DNA of 64,000 bases from Nemertoderma westbladi (taxonomy: Eukaryota; Animalia; Xenacoelomorpha). This document shows, one piece after another, positions 14,409-26,850 of this stretch (within the stretch, counting starts at the first letter, position 1; every line of letters begins with the position of its first letter). The DNA is taken from positions 1 to 64,000 of the forward strand of contig JAUCBJ010000111.1 of NCBI GenBank assembly GCA_032718475.1, in the 5' to 3' direction. Below the pieces are notes generated by a model. It had not been told where the DNA came from. It saw only the letters and a list, made by a program, of their open reading frames with translations, and ran no database searches. Both the position numbers and the translations under genes were made by a program.

Positions 14409-15632
14409 GTCAGGTCGCTTAGCAAGTTAATGTGGACGTTCTAGACAAACTTCCTATAATTGGCACAGGAGTAGATAATTGCCATACCTTTAGTATTTTA
14501 CGGGGAACCAACTTTGCAACATTATTTATCGGTCCCATATTACCATGACAACAGGAGGTAATTTACAAAAGTCCACCTTCCAATAAACCTACAGTCTTCT
14601 AACCTTGACCTACCCCCCATATATCAGCATCAGAGATTCCATTGACGTCATTTGTAAAACCCGGTCGCCATGGCAACTGTTTCAAAAACGAGTTTCAAAC
14701 GCCCCATGAGCAATTATTTACATTTAAAAAATAGCTATGATAGACCCCAGATATATATTTTTCAAATCAAGAAAATTATTACCTTCTAAATATGAAAATA
14801 TGAAAAAATAAGAAAGCGGAAGTGCATAAATAATGAAACATACCCGTTGCTATGGTAACTATATTGACTGTTCTAGTGGTCATAGACCTCTACTGTGTAA
14901 TGAGGAACTAAGATATGTGCATATAATCAAAGTTTAAGTATACTGAACATGTTTTATTCAATATTTTGTCCCCAAATGTTATCGGTTACCATGGCAAGAG
15001 AGACAAACTTGAATGGTCGGTAAGTAATTGTCTCGACTTGGCAACGATGTAAGACACTAGATCCAAAATTGATTTTTTTTTAGATAGTTCGGAACTATAT
15101 ATTAAATTTGGCAGAATATATTTAGTGACTTGTTACCATAGTTACAGGACTACCACAGGTCCATTTAATTGGTCCACTACTAGAAATCAAGAGGGTCTCA
15201 GCCTCACGGATAATATCAGAATATATTTTTAATGTTAGATGATTTTTCCAAATGGGGAACAATTATTAATCAATGGTTTTATATTTTTCGGATATTTACT
15301 GAAAATCGGCGTTTGAATCTCGTTTTTGAAACAGTTGCCATGGCAACCGGGTTTTACAAATGACGTAAATTGAATCTCTGATGCTGATATATCGGCATGG
15401 GGGGTAGGTCAAGGTTAGAAGACTAGCTTTATTGGAAAATTGACTTTTGTACATGTCATCCTGTTGTCATGGTAATATGGGACCGATAAATCATGTTGCA
15501 AAGTTGGTTCCCCTTAAAAAATGAAAGGTATGGTAATTACCTACACCTACTGACCTATGCCAATTATGCTGTTATGGGAAGTTTGTCCAGAACGACCACA
15601 TTAACCTTATTTTTGAGGTTAAGCGACCTGAC
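14409..15632. mobile_element. Non-autonomous DNA transposon (MITE) with ~300-bp imperfect TIRs and TA flanks
   Basis: Ends are ta|GTCAGGTCGCTT ... AAGCGACCTGAC|ta; 14409-14703 is the degenerate reverse complement of 15308-15632; no ORF. Confidence 0.85.
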
Positions 15633-16089
15633 TACATACCTGTACCACCAGTACCAGTAGCACATTTCGGGAACTTAATAAAGGAAAAGGGGTCAACAAA
15701 ATGACTTACCACATCAATTTATCACTATCTGATATCCCTGCTTTAGTCTTACGGTCTTCCATATCATATCCAATAAGACGTTCATTAACTTCTGATAATA
15801 ATAGATTTAAAATACGACGTACGGGTATAAATAATATTAGACCTGTAGACTTGTATTGGTTTTAGGTAGGCCTACTTAATTTTGGCTGTACCGTACCGAA
15901 CAGCAATAAGGCCTGTCCAATAGTTGGCAATGGCAAGTGATATTGCTGTATTGCGGAATTGTGGTAGGCCTATTCTCGTCTCCCGGTACCACTATCCTGC
16001 TATCAGACTGTTCAGCTATTGCAGTACTACCTGATTACAGCACTACAGGATAAGGCCATCTAAATATTTATTAAATCTAAATATTATAA

Positions 16090-16352
16090 ATGAACGGGAG
16101 AATCTTTTAGGCTCGTTAAGCCAAGGAATGCCTGTTCACCACCATGGGTGATCTTCCACAGTAAACCCTTCCACTCTGTTTCCCAAGTTGCCTTGGTTCC
16201 CATTTATCGACCACTGAAGGATGAAAGCCGGGGTTGGGCTAGGCTGCAGCATTTAAAGCACTGTGCCCAAACAGTGCTGCCCCATCTAGGGATCGAACCC
16301 GGGCTCCCTAATCGGAAGCACAGTAATGTCACCACTAGACCAAGCTGCTGCT
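16090..16352 (-). mobile_element. tRNA-derived SINE, family A
   Basis: Minus-strand head GCAGCAGCTTGGTCTAGTGG (A box) ... GGGTTCGATCCC (B box). Essentially identical to 63824-64000(+) and related to 56955-58277. Confidence 0.85.
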
Positions 16353-18436
16353 TAGATATTCTAAATAGTTATTTAGATGGCCTTGTTCTGTTGTTAGAGA
16401 ATTACTAACTACAGTATTTTATTGATATTGCAGTATTGCTGTACTGATGACTGACTTCGGTACCGGTACCTAGACCAGACTACTATTCGTGAAGAATTCA
16501 AATTTCCCGCTAAACAAAACTATATTTAAAATTAACTCCAAAATAAATGCCTATTATTCGCAGAAAGCGGAAAACAAAAGCGATTTTAGCGATTCAACTA
16601 TCTATCCCAGTGGTTGAGTTGGCAAGTTTTGAGAATGCCAACGAGATTAACGATATTGTCTTACAAAGAAACATAAAAATATTTCTACCTTAATATTTTT
16701 TACTGGTCTATTTTTACTTGATTTTACTATGGTAATAGAAGAAAACACAATTATATTATACTTTATTATTTTTTACTAGTATGTTTTTACTTTATTTTAC
16801 TATGGTAATAGAAGAAACACAATTATATTATACTTTATTATTTTTTACTAGTATATTTTTACTTTATTTTCTATGGGAATATTATTTTAATGGAACTACA
16901 TATTTCTGAAGCACTCGTACAGTACATTACCTACATTATTATATTTAGGCCTCCTATGAAAAAGATGCTCTGCCTCATAGGGCTCTCTTTTTCATCTAGA
17001 TATGCTTCCTATTTATTTGTATTTTTGTTTTTTCTTATATATTTTATGAATTAAAAGTATCAATTAATCAATCACTGAAAACTCATCACACGAGGGCATG
17101 ATTATACCTGATGAAAATAGTGTTTGAAAATAGGGCCTTTACGTTTTTAAATCGAATATATTGTTTGATTTGAAAAAAAGTACCTCCAGCGCTACCCAGT
17201 TATCACTGTATACTTGGATTTCGTAGGAAGAAGCGTCTCGGTCCAACGAATTACAACAAAACAACCTAAAAGAAAAGGCACCTAAAATACCCCAAAAAAA
17301 CTTTAAAATTAATTGGCTATATACCATTTTGAAAATAAATATATATTGCAAAATTTCATATTTCACATTCGGCGTCCTCCTGTGTTCAATTATACACATT
17401 TTTCTTGCCTTGTCCACAGACTAACTGGCAGTAGAAATACAAGTAAGGCTCCAACACCATGTTACTATTAGAGATAATCATGGCTGGTTTTCTATGTTTA
17501 TTTGTTTAATATTATTATGAACATGATGCCATATGAAGGGATGGAGATGTCGGTTGTGAAGGGCGTGGGGGTACTACTGCAAATATGGAAAGGGCTACAA
17601 CATTTGGATGGTGTACTCGTGTACTGCTTCCTATCGTTATCTTTGCTTATAGAACGAATTTTCTAATTTGGCGCCCTTCGCAAATCGGCGCCCTGTGACA
17701 CACTTGTCCCCCTCCCCTCCCCCACAGAATTACTGTACCATACAACGTAAAATACACCACACAATATGCTGAGATTGAGATTATTTATTGCACAATAAAA
17801 TTTCGACAAAAATAGCGTAAATATACATACATACAGTTTACAGTTACATATAACACATAAGGCAATTAATTTTACATTTATTACATCTTTTTAAAAAAAA
17901 AATTGCCATGCATAAAAAGTTAAAAAACTATCATAAAAATAATTTGTAGGTAACAAATATCATTTAGTATCAAATAACATTTAAATAGTTCTGTCAAAGA
18001 ACAAGCAGAGAATGGTGTTACTATATATGAGAGGTTAAATAATTGTTTAATAGGTTAAAAAAAATTCATCGTAAATTTATAGTGCAGGGGATAGCCTCAT
18101 GAGTTATTTAACTCGTTTTCATGGGGGTCCCCGAGAAAAAATATTGCAAATGTATGCCATAATAAGGTATTGCTATATGAGATAAAAATAATATTGCGGA
18201 ACATCGTATTATATTTAAAAATATTAGTGTTAAAATTCTAAATATTTTAAAATAGGTATCGGCTGATTGTCATTTCGAAAGAGTTTTAAATAAAATTTAA
18301 AAAGCTTTAAAATCATCATCTTTTATCGTGGACAGTTTTATCGTATTGCTCCTGACTCTCGTTTATTGTCTCGTCTATCGTTTATTGAGGAGGTGTTTGC
18401 CACATATGTACCATCTATGTGATGTAAAACCAAATT

Positions 18437-18449
18437 GTTGCTAGGCAAT
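18437..18449 (+). promoter_or_regulatory. Candidate RFX X-box (GTTGCTAGGCAAT) upstream of centrin-3
   Basis: One mismatch from GTTGCTAGGCAAC, about 330 bp before the CETN3 ATG. RFX factors regulate many centriole and cilium genes in animals. Confidence 0.45.
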
Positions 18450-18770
18450 GCCCTACATTATAAACAACATCAAAACAGATTACAGATATTTGAGTCTGTG
18501 GCCGGCCTATCTGCTATGTTCCGTACCGGTAGCAAACTGCAGTATATAGGGTATAAATTAAACAAATACAAACCAATCTCCTGATCTGTGTATACTGTAC
18601 ATAGCTGGGATACCGGTACCGACTGGCAAACGTAACAATCAGATAATTTCACCTTAAAAACTGTCCAACACCCGGGTACCGCACCGCACCGCCCTCCGTA
18701 CTGGTTCCGGAATACTCTGGAGTTTATTCTTCGGCTTTGAGGTTGCGAAATCGAATGCGGCAGCTCAAAC

Positions 18771-21700
18771 ATGGCGTTTTCTATGGGAGATAAAATAAGA
18801 CCTCGTAAACCGGGAAGGAAACGGGAACTCGGGGACGACCAGAAGCAAGAGATACGAGAAGCTTTCGAACTGTTTGATACAGACAAGGATGGATTAATTG
18901 ATTACCACGAACTTAAGGTTAGTTTAATTTAGTTTAGCTTAGCTTGGCTACATCTGGCCATACGCAGTTTCATAATATGCCGATACTGAGTATAATAATT
19001 ATTATTATTTGTCTATGTCGTGATAATGTTATGTTCTCCGCCGCTCATTCATTAAATCTGAGACCAGTAAACCTAGAAAAGGATGTGTCCATACTGAGTA
19101 CCTGAGGAGACTCAAGGTACCAATACCAACACTACCAACATTCAACCTGTCAAGTTTTGCAACTAGATCCTTCAGTTTTGCGGCACCAGTGGTTTTAAAT
19201 AGTCCCCCTAAACATTAGAACTACAACAAACCATGATTAAAGTGGAAAGTTTCAGTTAACAGTATTTACATAGGTAAGCCCCTCGACATTCAACAGTGAT
19301 AGTTTCATATAATGTTTTGGTTCAATTTTGGTTTCTGAGAGAGTGGAACTAAGAGGGTTATTTCGGTTGGACGGTAGTGGGGGTTGGTCGGCAGCTTGCA
19401 ATAGTGAAAGTCATTCTGATTCCGTCTCGATAGTACCTACATTTTGGCCTGCTGGTTTGTTTTGTTGGGATTTAGGAGATCAATGTTTTAAAAGTGTTCC
19501 CTCTCAGCATTTGTTAGGTGGTAGTTTTTTTATAGTAATACCTTCCCCCAAATATCTGTGTCCATCAAAGTCTGTCGGTGCTGCTGGTCGCACACTATAT
19601 GAATGGAGGCATACTGTGAGGCCACGTATATCGCTGAAGGTATAACATCATCGAATGGGAGTTTGGAGCTAGTTAAGTAGTCGACAATGTTGGTACGTGT
19701 TGTTGAGGTGGTTAAACGGCCAATGCGGATATGTGCTTTCCTTGCAGGTGGAGATGAACGTGAAGGTATATCAGCTGCCTGTAATGGACCTCCTATCTTT
19801 CTCCCCCGAGTTAATGGGATAGCCCTATTTGAAGCTTCCGAACTCTGAACCGGTATAGAGTGAAGTTGGTTTGATTAGCGATGACTTGGTTGTTGTGGAG
19901 TGGTACCGGTATGCGTTGGGGCACGTCTTGGGCGGTTTCGTTTGATAGTTGCCCAGCCAGAAAAAATCGTTTATTTCTACGTCCTCATTTGGTAGTTCGC
20001 TATGGTTTTTGGATCTCCCCAATAACCTCGATCATCAGTTGTCGTTGTTGGGTTCGACGTTTGTTTCTTGGTTGATTTGGTAGATCTCTGTGGCGGAGTT
20101 TTTGGCGGAGATTTCTATATTCTCACATCCTATATTATCCATTGTAACTTATTGTTGGGCACAGCTTTTTGCAAAGTCGGCAATGACGTCCAGGTGGGAT
20201 CGAACTGGTGACCTCCGGGTTGGAAGTCTGACGCTCTAACCATTCAGCTAGCGGCTCTTTCTTATAATAATATGAAACCAATCATTCACCCATAACACCA
20301 ATAATAAATATATTCCGTTGTCCGTTTTGTGTTTCTTAGTCGAAAAAAAATAATTAATTAAAATTTTTACAACATAGTTTGCAGAATACGTCACGAAATT
20401 TTATTTTCGTAGGTGGCGTTACGCGCTTTGGGATTTGATGTAAAAAAGGCCGACGTTGTAAAAATTTTGAACGATTATGACAGGAACCAGGAAGGTAAAC
20501 TCTGTTACCAGGATTTCAATGAACTCGTTACGGAATGGATGTTAGACAGAGACCCTAGGGAGGAAATCATTAAAGCATTTCATTTATTCGACGATGACGA
20601 CTCAGGTAGTGTTACACACATATACAACACCTACGGCCTGCTGATTCCATTCCATTCAATTCAATTCAATTCTTTGTTTATTAAAAAAAAAAATGTTACA
20701 TTAATAGAGAATTTAAAAACACCTCATCACCAATTTGACGCCCATGCGAAGAATACCAGAATTTCACTTTTCGGTCGACTTTTTATTGTAATTTTATATA
20801 TGAAGACTTTTTATTTTTTTAATTTATCTTTATTTAGTGTTTTATAGCGCTTATTTCTGTCTTATAACCTGTACATATACTAATTCGTTTATTGTTTTGG
20901 TTAGATTAAGCCCTTCTGTAACCTGTGTTTATAGTGAAAACCTGGTATTCTTCACATGGGGGTAACTGCAAAGTGAAATATAAGGCAGAAAGTCTGGTAT
21001 TCTTCACATAGGGGTAATTCTCAATTTAGGGAAAGGAGCAGGTTACAGTGGAACGTTACTTTAACCAAAACAATAAACTAAGCTTAAGCACAATATAACA
21101 GGTTACAGTTTTATTTTTGAGAATAATCAGCTGTTATTTGCGTCGAATTTCCCCTGGAGAGGGATAAATTTTTATTGCGTCCAGTTTCCCCCCTATCTGA
21201 AAACTTCAGTACTGCCGTATTAATACTGAAACCTAATAACAGAGTAAGTAAAAAGTAATAGACCATAGGCAATCTATCGGTACGAATACTGAAACTGAAG
21301 TAGGCCTATTACTGTAGGTATATCGGTACGAAACCTAATAAAATAATACGTTGTTCTGAAGGCAATAGGTCTATCGGTACGAATACTGAAACTGAAGTAG
21401 GCCTATTACTGTAGGTATATCGGTACGAAACCTAATAAAAGAATACGTTGTTCTGAAGGCAATAGGCCTATCGGTACGAATACTGAAACTGAAGTAGGCC
21501 TATTACTGTAGGTATATCGGTACGAAACATAATAAAAGAATACGTTGTTCTGAAGGCAATAGGTCTATCGGTACGAATACTGAAACTGAAGTAGGCCTAT
21601 TACTGTAGGTACATCGGTACGAAACCTAATAAAATAATACGTTGTTCTGAAGGCAATAGGTCTATCGGTACGAATACTGAAACTGAAGTAGGCCTATTAC

Positions 21701-24700
21701 TGTAGGTATATCGGTACGAAACCTAATAAAAGAATACGTTGTTCTGAAGGCAATAGGCAATCTATCGGTACGAATACTGAAACTGAAGTAGGCCTATTAC
21801 TGTAGGTACATCGGTACGAAACCAATATATGTGCTTCACAATATATAAAATACAATATGTTTTTTTCTGTGCAATATTAACAGTGGCATAAGGAATGAAT
21901 AAACTTGAAACTTGAACCTAATAACAGAATACGTTGTTCTGAAGGCAATAGGCCTATCGGTACGAATACTGTAACTGAAGCATGGCAACTGACCAAAGCG
22001 TAGTTAATATAAAATATTTGGTGCTGGAATATTTTTTTTTGGTTGACAAGTAGGCCTAATTATTTTTGGGGGATGAATAATTGTTTTTGGGGAATGAATA
22101 ATTGTTTTTGGAGGATGAATAATTGTTTTTGGGGGATGAATAATTGTTTTGGGGGATGAATAATTGTTTTTGGTGATAAGAATATTCAAAATTGGGGGAT
22201 GCGAATTGGTGCAACAAAAAAATATATTTGGTGCAAAATAATTTATTTTGGTGTTATCTCATCTAATTTGGGGTGGCATTCAATTTGTGGCGTTTTATTA
22301 TTGTACATTTATTTTGACATGTTCCATACAATGAAGACATTTTAGAATGTTTTTTATTATTGAATGTTTAGTTTTCTACTTTATAAATAAAATAAACTCT
22401 AGCTAGTAAACAATTATTACAAATATTTTATCTACCATGACTCAGTAATTTTTCCTGGAACATTTATTTTATATTTGATTAGGATTAAAATATTTATTTT
22501 TTCAACTATAATTTTTTTCCTAGCTCGTAAAAAGTAGTAGCTGACTCAAAATTTAATATACCATCTACTTCTTACTACAATCGAACTTTTGAAATTTTCA
22601 AATTTTGGTGTAAATATATTGTAGTGATAAATATATTGATTGCAAATTTGCAAAAGACGAAAGATCTCAGAAGTCAGGAATTCTTACCGTTACGAATACA
22701 ATTTATTAAATAATTATTTGTACAAGTCTTGCTTCACATTCGAACAATGTCAGGTCTACCAGCTGTTGAAGAAATCGAATCGGACGAAGTTCAGCTGCCG
22801 ATCGCCCGTCAGCCGAACAACAACGCCAACCAATCGAACTGGATGTGCCGAATGCTGCTGGATGATTGCGATTATCAAATGAAACTTTTAGCCGCGGCAG
22901 TAGGAATTCTTCTAGTTGCTCTAGTAACAGTAATAATAGTGATGCTGTTACCATCGGGAGCAGACGTGACGACCACAATCAGCTCAATAGGGGAAGCTGG
23001 ATTAATCACCATGACTACAATTACTTCAACGACAATCTCCACAATCACTTCAACAACAACCTCCATTGAGGATGTTTTTTATCACTCGTTTATCGCTTGT
23101 TATAGAATTACGTCACTATGTCATCCCTACGCTCATCCCGATGTATGCGATAAAGCTACACAATCCGGGCCGCAATATACCGTCGGTAAAGCTGCTCCCA
23201 TAATTTATCTATCCACCTCAAACGAGAAACTCAGATGCGACGGAGGCTGGATTATATTCTATAGTCGCATCAACAACGACATTAACGTCTGGGATGAAGG
23301 TAGTTATAGTTACTACAGAGGATTCGGAGATCCCAACGGATCTTACTTCCTTGGCTTGTATAATATCTATCTGCTGACAGACGGGGAGGATTGTTACGTA
23401 AAGATCGACTTAGGTAACTCGAAAAATACTATCTCGACGAGAGTCTACAGCGACTTTACTTTGGGGGATCTTCCTTCTAAGCTAAATATAGCAAATTATA
23501 CCAATCCACGTACTGCTTGGTCCGCTGCTACCGGTGTATTGGATAGTGGAGAATACGATCTAACGGTCCTGGATAACAAGAAGTTTATGGGGAAATGGTG
23601 GAACTCATCCAAATGAATGGGAACTGCTGAATAAAACATTAGAGATGAAACTTAAATGCAAGTCGAAACGAACTTAAAGAAACAAACTGTACTGTAGCCC
23701 GTAGCAGTAGGTGTTTCTGTAACAAACCAATATAATATTCTCAAATAGTAAGCAACAATAATAGAAACAGAAATAGTTCTACCAACCAACATGTTTTAAT
23801 AATATCCTCTGAGTTACAATAAACAAATGTGCGGCACTGCCGTTGGTCGTGTGGCCTCCGTTGGGAACGTCGGTTCCTGGAACCGCGGTAGGAATCCCAT
23901 AAAGGATAGATGGAACCCGTAGACTCAACGGGTAACCCGTGGGTTACATCCAGCCCGTAGACCCAACGGGTAACCCATGGGTTACATCCAACCCGTAGAC
24001 CCTACGGGTAACCCATGGGTTACATCCAACCCGTAGACCCAACGGGTAACCCATGGTTTACATACAACCTGTAGACCCAACGGGTAACCCATCGGTTACA
24101 ACCAACATGCAGACCCGACCCAACGGATAATCCATGGTTTACATACAACCTGTAGACCCAACGGGTAACCCATGGGTTACATCCAACCCATAGACCCGAC
24201 CCAACGGATAATCCATGGTTTACATACAACCCGTAGACCCAACGTGTAACCCATGGGTTACAACCAACCCATAGACCCAACGGATAACCCATGGTTTACA
24301 TAAAACCCGTAGACCCAACGGTAACCCCTGGGCTACATCCAACCCGTAGACCCAACGGCAACCCATGGTTTTCATTCAACGAGACTCCCTCTGGCTATTA
24401 AACCTAAAGGGAAGAAACAAATTATGTAGTTTATAAATAAATTAAAGAGTTTATTATTGTTTCAGTAAGAATAATATAATTCAGCTAATTGATATTAACT
24501 TGAACTCATAGGAAACAGACCGTTGATAATCGTTTGTGTCGTTCACAGCAGGCAGCAGCGACTGCACTTTGGTTTCACATAGAACATCGTGATTCCTTAA
24601 TTTAATCTGACATCGACGATACAATATATGTAGGAGATTCAACTGTAACTGTAGGCTGTAACTGTAACTGAACAGTATCAAACTATGTGATACTACAACT

Positions 24701-25112
24701 ACAGAACTGCAGTAATAGTAACAATAGTTTGGTACACTGGTGTAGGAACAGAACCGGAGTGGAGAAACTGAAAGTAAATAGTACCGGTATAATTAGGGAA
24801 GGGCGAGGAGGGAGTCGGAGAATAAGACGGGGGAAGTACTACTAGCGAATTCCCAAGAGCCTGAAAGCACACGTGCCGTGCTTCAATACCTTCAAGACAC
24901 AAAACATTTGAATTCTATATCTCTATAATAACGCCTAGATATTTTTATTTGCAGGTAAAATTTCCCTGCGGAATTTGCGACGAGTTGCCCGGGAACTGGG
25001 AGAAGATATGCAGGAGGAGGAACTCCGAGCGATGATAGAGGAGTTCGACAAGGATGGAGACGGGGAGATTAATGAGAACGAGTTTATCGCGATAATGACC
25101 GGGGATGTTTAA
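18771..25112 (+). CDS. CETN3: Centrin-3; exons 18771-18917, 20413-20605, 24955-25112
   Basis: Spliced product [68 protein letters not shown]...[93 protein letters not shown] is centrin-3 type; GT-AG sites and phases agree. Confidence 0.95.
19270..20100 (-). mobile_element. Degraded LINE ORF1-like remnant in CETN3 intron 1
   Basis: The minus strand reads [21 protein letters not shown]...[19 protein letters not shown], similar to the RRM-like ORF1 C-terminus of CR1/L2-group LINEs; reading frames are broken. Confidence 0.4.
20185..20256 (-). mobile_element. tRNA-derived SINE head, family B
   Basis: Reverse complement TAGCTGAATGGTTAGAGCG...CCAGTTCGATCCCACCTGGACG has A and B boxes; a similar copy lies at 51875-51950(+). 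Confidence 0.65.
20820..21200. mobile_element. Dispersed inverted-repeat family (CTGTAACCTG / TTTATTGTTTTGG motifs)
   Basis: Internally inverted segments; similar sequence at 26890-27560, 14125-14270 and 46360-46430. Confidence 0.55.
21263..21980. repeat. 97-bp minisatellite, about 6-7 copies, last copy displaced
   Basis: GGCAATAGG recurs at 21361 and 21458; each unit contains TATCGGTACGAA twice. Confidence 0.9.
22055..22170. repeat. 21-bp minisatellite (GGGGATGAATAATTGTTTTTG), about 5 copies
   Basis: Direct repeats; source of the PKTIIHP ORF. Confidence 0.85.
22747..23616 (+). CDS. Intronless type II membrane protein with Thr-rich stalk and divergent fibrinogen-related domain, nested in CETN3 intron 2
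   Basis: Transmembrane segment [22 protein letters not shown]; TTITSTT stalk; FReD motifs [40 protein letters not shown] and GKWW; AATAAA at ~23630. Confidence 0.75.
   Translation: MSGLPAVEEIESDEVQLPIARQPNNNANQSNWMCRMLLDDCDYQMKLLAAAVGILLVALVTVIIVMLLPSGADVTTTISSIGEAGLITMTTITSTTISTITSTTTSIEDVFYHSFIACYRITSLCHPYAHPDVCDKATQSGPQYTVGKAAPIIYLSTSNEKLRCDGGWIIFYSRINNDINVWDEGSYSYYRGFGDPNGSYFLGLYNIYLLTDGEDCYVKIDLGNSKNTISTRVYSDFTLGDLPSKLNIANYTNPRTAWSAATGVLDSGEYDLTVLDNKKFMGKWWNSSK
23913..24372. repeat. 38-bp minisatellite built of two hairpins, about 12 copies
   Basis: Unit ACCCGTAGACCCAACGGGTAACCCATGGGTTACATCCA contains ACCCGT..ACGGGT and the palindrome GTAACCCATGGGTTAC. Confidence 0.9.
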
Positions 25113-25612
25113 CTCAAAGTATCCGGTAGTTGATCAGTTGATATGTACCGTACGATCGATGCCTAACCGAGCCTTATATAAAGGTCTTCTTCTTACAATC
25201 CCAGGAAATTTACAGTCGTCAAAAACGCGACGTTAATAACGGCAGTGCCTTAACGATTCTACGTGGTTTCTATTTAAAATGTTCTATGTTTCAAAGACAT
25301 AAGCACCTCTACCAAGGCACATAACCCGATCAAACAATGTCTCCATATCGGAGTTCCTACATTTAATTTCATTAGGATTTGTGATGAATGATTGTTGAAG
25401 ATGTGTTCTATATTTCGTCTATAGTATCTGTATATTAACTGCTGAATAGTTAGTTACTTTTATATAAAATGCAATGCAATAATTATTGTAGTTTTGCTAT
25501 TTATGTTTTTAAGGAATAGACCATGTGTACGTCCCACTTTTTCGTACACTACAATGGGACGACTCTTAGGATATCCTTAACTCCAACCCGTAATCAACTC
25601 ATCAACCTCTGT

Positions 25613-25790
25613 GCAGGCTCAGTTGGATAAGCGCCGGGCTTACAATCTATTAGTTGTAGGTTCGAGCCCCGCCGGGGTCCACTCAGTATTTCATCCACCC
25701 ACGGGGGTCGATGACTGAGGACCAGTTAAATTACTGGGCCGAAACAGCAACTATCGAAAGAGGAGCCTTCTGGTCGCCTCCGGCTTCGAC
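25613..25790 (+). mobile_element. tRNA-derived SINE
   Basis: GGCTCAGTTGGATAAGCG (A box) and GGTTCGAGCCCC (B box), then CACTCAGTATTTCATCC...GGGTCGATGA, which resembles the TTTCATCC...GTCGATAAATG segment of family A. Confidence 0.65.
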
Positions 25791-26204
25791 CATCTGTTTG
25801 CTTTACTTGAATCCTCAACCAGCATGCTAGGTTGCCATTGGCTGCACGCTTCCTTCGTAATCCGTTCATATTATCTAATCTCAGATTTCTTTCGGGTTAT
25901 AATTACGCAGTGTGTGTGCATTAGAAAGCCCGGGTTTGCATCTCTCCATCTATAACTTTACGTTCATTAGTAGACATACCGTGACATGTTTGCTTACGAA
26001 TTACGTGGACTTTGTTCCATCACTGTTTGGTTTATATAATACATTAACTGCGCTATTAATTAAGCATTCGCTACTCCCAGGCCCAGCAAGAGTAATGTAT
26101 CTTTAACATTCAATATTAAAATTCCTCAAACTGTAGAAATACGTAGGTCCCTATAACCTACCTACAATACTAAACAGCAGATACAAAAAGTTACACTGTA
26201 AACA

Positions 26205-26460
26205 ATGAGTATTTATTATATGGGAAAAAAAGTAGAACATTTTTTTTTCACTATTCTCGAAGCATTTTATTTACCGAGCGCCAGCGAAGTTAATAAATGG
26301 TCGAGAGAATATTGAAAAAAAGTTATACTTTTTTTCCCATGTAATACGTAATTGTATTCTTAAATTGGTACTTTTCCGTTGCTCAATTCTTTAATTAAAA
26401 TATAGAGCGACATTATGTTACAAAATACATTTAACTGTAGTATTTTGCTATATTGCTTCC
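26205..26460. mobile_element. Dispersed repeat, probably a non-autonomous DNA element
   Basis: Hairpin ATGGGAAAAAAAGTA...TACTTTTTTTCCCAT with similar sequence at 52130-52250; its distal part matches 53035-53145, and 31990-32385 matches 53090-53470. Confidence 0.55.
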
Positions 26461-26589
26461 CTCGTTGACATCTGATTAGACTCAAAATCCAATATTTCAC
26501 TCTTCAATATCAGTATGGTATTCTTCAATATCAATGTTGCGAGTAATAGAAATAATATTACATCATCGTACAGTATCATTACACGTTAC

Positions 26590-26850
26590 TTATCAATATA
26601 TATTGAATATTCAATAATTAATAACAGAATTTCAATCAATATTGTGCAAATATTAATTCAATATACAACATATTGAATTAATATTCTCAAATATTGGATC
26701 AATATTCGCACATAATGAATCAATATATTAACATATTGGCAACATATTGAGTCAATATGTTGACATGTTGGCAACTTATTGAATCAATATGTTGCCAACA
26801 TATTGTTTTAATATGTTGCCAACATATTGAGTAAATATGTTAACATGTTG
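26590..26850. repeat. Degenerate AT-rich palindromic minisatellite (CAACATATTGANTCAATATGTTG)
   Basis: Repeated ATATTGA.TCAATAT palindromes. Confidence 0.6.

Noticed and set aside
16148-16408. ORF shared with 63775-63984
   Set aside because: Antisense translation of the SINE.
23913-24372. CRISPR-like palindromic repeats
   Set aside because: Units are head to tail with no spacers.
25613-25690. Functional tRNA genes here and at 20185, 51875 and 63824
   Set aside because: A and B boxes are present, but the cloverleaf is incomplete and the sequence continues into repeat bodies, so these are SINE heads.
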